In this document: positions 34,649-39,556 of the stretch, piece after piece
Layout: each line of letters opens with the position of its first letter
How positions within the stretch are numbered: the stretch's first letter is position 1
NCBI RefSeq assembly: GCF_000002865.3
Contig: NW_001865092.1
Coordinates: 15,536 to 55,091, forward strand
Length of the DNA stretch: 39,556 bases
From: Monosiga brevicollis MX1
Taxonomy: Eukaryota
Direction: 5' to 3'
Translations under genes and position numbers: made by a program
The notes under the pieces: generated by a model
Databases searched by the model: none
What the model was told of the DNA's origin: nothing
What the model saw: only the letters and a program-made list of their open reading frames with translations

Positions 34649-37600
34649 TCAACCGCTGCGACAATAAGCAATTGACGCCGTCGACAGCCCCAACAGGCCA
34701 ATAAGGACCTACAAGGACACACAGCGCGGCATGCATGAGTGAGGGCGGTCGTGCAAAAACGACCCAGGCTCTGCGCAACAGTCTCACGTACCATTGGCCC
34801 GTAGAGACCGAGGTAGTAAAGCAACGCCGAGGCCTCGCCAATTGAGCCGACCTGTCGTGGTGCCAGGCAGGGAACGACGTGAGCCCTACGAAAGGTGGAA
34901 CATGCCTCCAAACACAGAGCACACGTCGTGCGTGCACCTGTACTTCCACCCACCTTGTAACCCGAGCGCCACACGCCACCATGGAAGGAGCCATAACGAA
35001 ATTGTTCAAGCTGGTTCGACAACTCAAAGGACGGATTGGCCTTGCTCTGCTCGTTGCGGACGTCGTGGATCAGCAGCGCCCCCATGACCGCGTTGGAGGT
35101 TTCCTGTGGGCCCCCAAACGCACCACACCCCAAGAAAACGTGAGATGCAAGCTTGTGTCCAAGCAGTGCGACCGAGGGTTGGTGCTCTGACCTGCCAAGC
35201 AACCTCAAAGGCCGGGAAGTGCTTCCAACCTCCGTAGGCTGCAGCAAAGCTCTTGTTGTGCACGACCGACAGCGTCGCCGTGGAGGGGGCAATGTTGGAT
35301 GACACACGAGAGCCCCCCGCGCTATCAGAGCCCCCAAAACACAGTCATGAACCCAGTGCAATTGTACAATTCACACGCCTGCTGCGAAGCAAAAGGTTCT
35401 TACCGAGCGACCATGGCACGCCAGTGCTGCAGGCGCTTGGCCAAAGCATAGTTGGGGCCTGTACTCGGAGCAAAACGGGCCAGAAGATGAATACAGAGAA
35501 ACAAAGACGCAGCAGCAGAGCGGGGGTCGAGACACGGAACCACGCTTCGACGGAAAGAGAAAGCACATAAAAATGCCACAAATTCATTCATCATAGCCCA
35601 CACTTGAACCTGACCGGGTACCGGGCCTCAAACTCACCTTGCTGCACAACAATACCGTCGTTGATGGCATAGGTGTGAGTTCCGGAAGCATCCTGAGCCA
35701 GGGGCAAGACGTTCTTGGTGCAAGCCTTCTTCATGACAGTGCGAAGGACAGAGACAAATGTCTTGACCGAGCCAGGGTTCTTGTAGTTGGCCGCGGCCGC
35801 ATCACGAGCATCCGTGCTGACCTGCATCCAGTGCAGCAAAATTTATGACGTGAGAAGAACTATCAATCAAAAGCAAATACACCAGACCATGATGCGCAGC
35901 CTGCGTCATCCACGCACCACAAAGACGTCGGTGGGCGAGCAGAGGTAGGCCAGAGTTGTCACCGTCTTGCGGCGACGGATCACACCGGCCTTGATGGCAT
36001 CCATGGCAAGCGAGACGCGCACATGCTTCTCGCCGTCCAAATAGGCATATCTATTGAAGCGCACAACAAAGTAAATCACTTGCTGCACGTACACAGCAAA
36101 ACACCACCTCGAAACCAAGCAAAAGAAAACGAAGAAGACCAATAAGGAGCGCCATGGGACGAGGGGCAGCCTACCCGCCAACAATAAATTCTTCCTTGGG
36201 CATGAGGTCAGACACCCAGTTGCAAATTTCGGGCGTGTCGGTGAACAGGTTGGCGCCAGCGTTGGCATAGATCAGCTCGTCCGTAGTCAGCTCAGCCACG
36301 GGTTTCTACAGCATGCCCACGCAGCGTGGTTGAGTGTGGCAGCATCGTTTTTGTGGGCGAGCCACGCGTTCAGCCTTGACAGCCAGAGCCGAGTCGTACC
36401 TTGGTTGGGAAGATCAAGGTACCGGCACTCTCGCGAGCCACCTTGATCAGACGCTCCCAGATTTGCGGGCGGTCGAGGTCAAGGGCAATGACGTTGGCCC
36501 CGAGAGCCATGAGGACAAGATAGGGACCCATGGCTAAGGTCAGTATGCAGCCAGCAAGGCGAGGGATCACAAAGCGCGAGGTCAGCGGTGGTGCGTGCGC
36601 CAGACACCTTGTCTGATATGGATATTCAGGACGAACCAGAGCCGGCACCAAGAAGGACAAAGTACTTGTCGCTGAGATCCACCCATTCGTCGTGGTCTGC
36701 CACGGCAGCAATGGCATCACGGGCGCTGAACCACAAAAGGTCAAAATTAAGGAAGGTGTTAGGCAACGCACGATAGAGAAAGGTAGGGGTGTCAAACACA
36801 GCTTCAAGCCAGACCTGGGTTCGATGGTGCCATTCTTGACCCATTGATCAAGTTGCTTCTTCAACGCTTCGCCTACACGAGTGATACGGGATGAGTTGGG
36901 ACGAGAGAAGCAGCAGGCACAACAAAGCACCGACTACAACTGAGCAGGGGATGCCTAGTCATGACGCTTGACAAACCGGTGAGATCTTCAAGGGGAGACT
37001 GCTCCGGGTAAGGTTTGCGACGGTAGGGCACCTTGTACACGGGGTCGCGTTTGCCCGAGCCCTTGATGGTCATGGTGCCCGGGAAGCTGTGGGAAGCCAA
37101 TCAGAATTTGCGTGCGCAAATTTTGGATCAGGGGCAAGCCACGTGGAAAGGGGAACATGAGGCGGACGCGAGCGTATGAGGCCAGAGAGGGAAGTCAGGC
37201 GGATTTGGCAAGACGCACCTGGCCGTGATGGTGCTCATGGCAGTGGCCAAGGACATGACCTTGCCGTCACGAACAAACTCAAACTGGTTGTGCATGTAGT
37301 CGAGACCCGTTTGGGCAACCTTGAGAGCAGTCTCGGGAGTGCGCAGCGAGATGCGCACGTTCTCGATGAAATGCTTGCCGTAGCCAAAGCGCCAGTTGCG
37401 CTCCTTCATGACGGCCACCGCTGCCTGAGGATCCACGTCCATGACGCTGCGTGCAAGCACGGCTTGACCCGTCGAGCTTGTACTATAGAGGGGCAGGGTG
37501 AGTTTGGGGTTGAGGGAACAGCGAACATGCATGGGCATGCAAGTTATGCAGAAAACCATGGTTACCTGCGAGTGCCAGTAGCGTCGGCAGGCCACTGGAT

Positions 37601-39320
37601 GCCCTCGGTGGGCTCGGGGCGAGCAGGGCGGCGCTTGCCAAAGACCTTGCGACGCTGGGCCCACACGTGCATGTAGAGACCCGGAAAAACTGCAGCGAGG
37701 GGCGGGGTGGCGTTGGACGATGAAGCGAGTGTTGAGATATCACGGCGAGGTTTACAAAGGTCAAGGCAAAGGAATCATCAAAAGCAAGAAAGAAAGAACG
37801 GCAGTGCTGACCGATGGGATAGAGAGACAGGAAGGCCATGATGGTGTAGTTGAAGGTGAGAGCGACGCGAGCGAGGAACTGGGCAGTTTCGTCGTCATCC
37901 GGTACGCGCTGCTCCTCGGCCAGAGCATCATAGTAGCCAATGGCTTGAAGAATGCAGGCAATTTCCGACTGGATCGTACGGAGAGCCAACACAGGGGGTT
38001 CAAATTGAGGGAGAAAAACAAAAAGATAGACAGAAAGAGTGGAACGCGAGTGCTGATGGGTTGCTGTGATGATGGGCTGGAGGGACGTACCGCGACGCCG
38101 AGCGGGTAGAGGACGACGAAGAAGGAGTAGCGGCACCAGGTCAGAAAACCAGGGGCATCGCCAAGCAAGAGCTTGGTCCAGTACCAGTTGTAGCGCACCA
38201 CCTAGCACGACGAGCAGCGGTCGGTGAGACTGTGATGTGGAGCGCTTGGTCAATGTGAAGAGAGGGAAAAAAAAAAAAAAAAAGAGCAGGTAGGACACCA
38301 ACCTCAGTGACGGCCCAGGCAAAGGTCATGGTGTAAAAGGCCAGGGAGTTCATGATGCGGGGATTGATCCAGCAGGCGGCCCAGACAAGCATTACGCGCG
38401 AGAGGACCTACAGCAAGCGGAGCCAGGAGGAGGCAAGCCGCGTGAGCTGAGGGCCTCTGGCAACTGGACTTGCGGAGCAAGAGAGGAACTGTGGGAAGGA
38501 GGGGCCGAGCTAGCAAGAGGTCGGACCTGCATAAAAGTGGTGGAGACCTTGGCCTTGACAAAGCCGAGGGCCGCGTGAGCGACCTCGAGGATGGCAGCGG
38601 TTTGGAAGATCTGCGCGAGGGGGTCACGGGAGGCGCCGGGCAGTGAGTTTGGCTCTTTTTGTATGTATGGTGGTGGTCACTTGCTATGACCATGAGCAGT
38701 AGAAGGGGCGGTCAGAGGTGGACAGACCTGGAGAGCATGGAAGAGAGGCATGCCACTGGAGCTATCGGTGCAAAGGAGGCCATGGGCTTGGGCGGGGAGC
38801 CAGGCTGGGGCGAGATCAAGCTCATGATCACCGGCCACCCCATTGCAAAGGTGAAACGGGCGGAGTAGATCGTACAAGATCATGGACCAGCTATCGAAAC
38901 AGGGCCAAAGGACATTGGGTGAGACGGATCGCGGCGGGGACTGGATGTGTTCAAGGGACGCAAGCGCCAGGTCACAAGTTGTTGATTTTTGGTGTGCTGT
39001 GCATTTGCACACGAGTGTCATATCTCCGGGGCGGGGAACGGGGGTAAGCAGGATCAGCAGATTTGACGGGAGAGAGAGGAAGAGGGAGAGGGAGACTGCC
39101 CAGAGACGGGCGCTGCCGTTTTAACGGGGAGATTACTGCGCAGTCAGTGAACTCGAGACCAAAACGCAGTGACATCTTACCCGGCAGCCAGAAGGGCATT
39201 GTAGAGGATCAAGTAGCCATTGACCAGTGCATTTCCACCTTCTGCTTGACCGCTGGTCCCATCCTTCTGGCCCCCAGCCGCCGGACGGGCAGAGGCCATC
39301 GCGCTGCCGTTTCGACTCAT
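34649..39320 (-). CDS. HACD: 3-hydroxyacyl-CoA dehydratase (PTPLA/PHS1 family) fused to an uncharacterised Rossmann-like domain with a C-terminal hydrophobic tail (813 aa, 20 exons)
   Basis: GT-AG exons: 39181-39320, 38728-38890, 38527-38610, 38303-38407, 38091-38201, 37812-37968, 37566-37689, 37219-37482, 36977-37086, 36815-36872, 36637-36725, 36400-36533, 36175-36305, 35918-36050, 35638-35821, 35404-35458, 35192-35321, 34954-35103, 34792-34851 and 34649-34708. They total 2442 nt in one open frame. HACD motifs: YLILYN, QTAAILEVAH, QVLSR, AWAVTEVVRY, RYSFFVVLYPLGVASE and LYMHVWAQRRK. Second-domain motifs: NWRFGY, LLGAGSAMGP, YAYLDG, SPTD, QGPNYALAKRLQHWRA and HGGVWR. Confidence 0.85.
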
Positions 39321-39556
39321 GTTGGGCAATCCCGCGGTCGTGATCACGCCTTGAAAATAGAGGGGACGTGGTTGATTTTAAGGAATGTAAGATCGATTGT
39401 AGAAGAGGGAGGGAGAGAGAGAGAGAGAGAGAGATTAATTGCTTCAATAGCACAACTATCACATTGAGAGATCGAGAAGAGAGAAGAGAGAAGAGAAGTG
39501 ATTGACATGTGAGCACAGAAAGAGAAGAGAGAGAGAAGCGTCGGAAAAGATCAGCA

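Overview
Eukaryotic, intron-rich DNA with one assembly gap (1896-2424). Short GT-AG introns, a receptor-like SH2 gene and a chromoviral LTR element suggest a choanoflagellate such as Monosiga brevicollis; this is inference, not verified. The first ~28 kb holds a cluster of ankyrin genes. Five of them share a ~500-bp upstream module and a 41-codon N-cap exon, followed by a variable number of 99-bp phase-0 exons, each encoding exactly one ankyrin repeat and set in near-identical introns, and then one of two C-terminal modules. Amino-acid variation concentrates on the ankyrin binding surface, and exon halves are mosaic within and between loci, so the cluster looks like a natural, exon-shuffled DARPin-like binder repertoire. 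Other contents: a degenerate Ty3/gypsy chromovirus whose 3' LTR ends 1 nt before the ATG of a signal-peptide/mucin/SH2 gene; a second partial LTR; an intronless FG-GAP beta-propeller gene; a type II membrane FG-GAP-like gene; an intron-containing tRNA-Pro(CGG); two identical tRNA-Trp(CCA) genes with a 4-bp anticodon stem; and a 20-exon gene fusing 3-hydroxyacyl-CoA dehydratase (HACD/PHS1) to an uncharacterised Rossmann-like domain. All exon boundaries were derived by hand.
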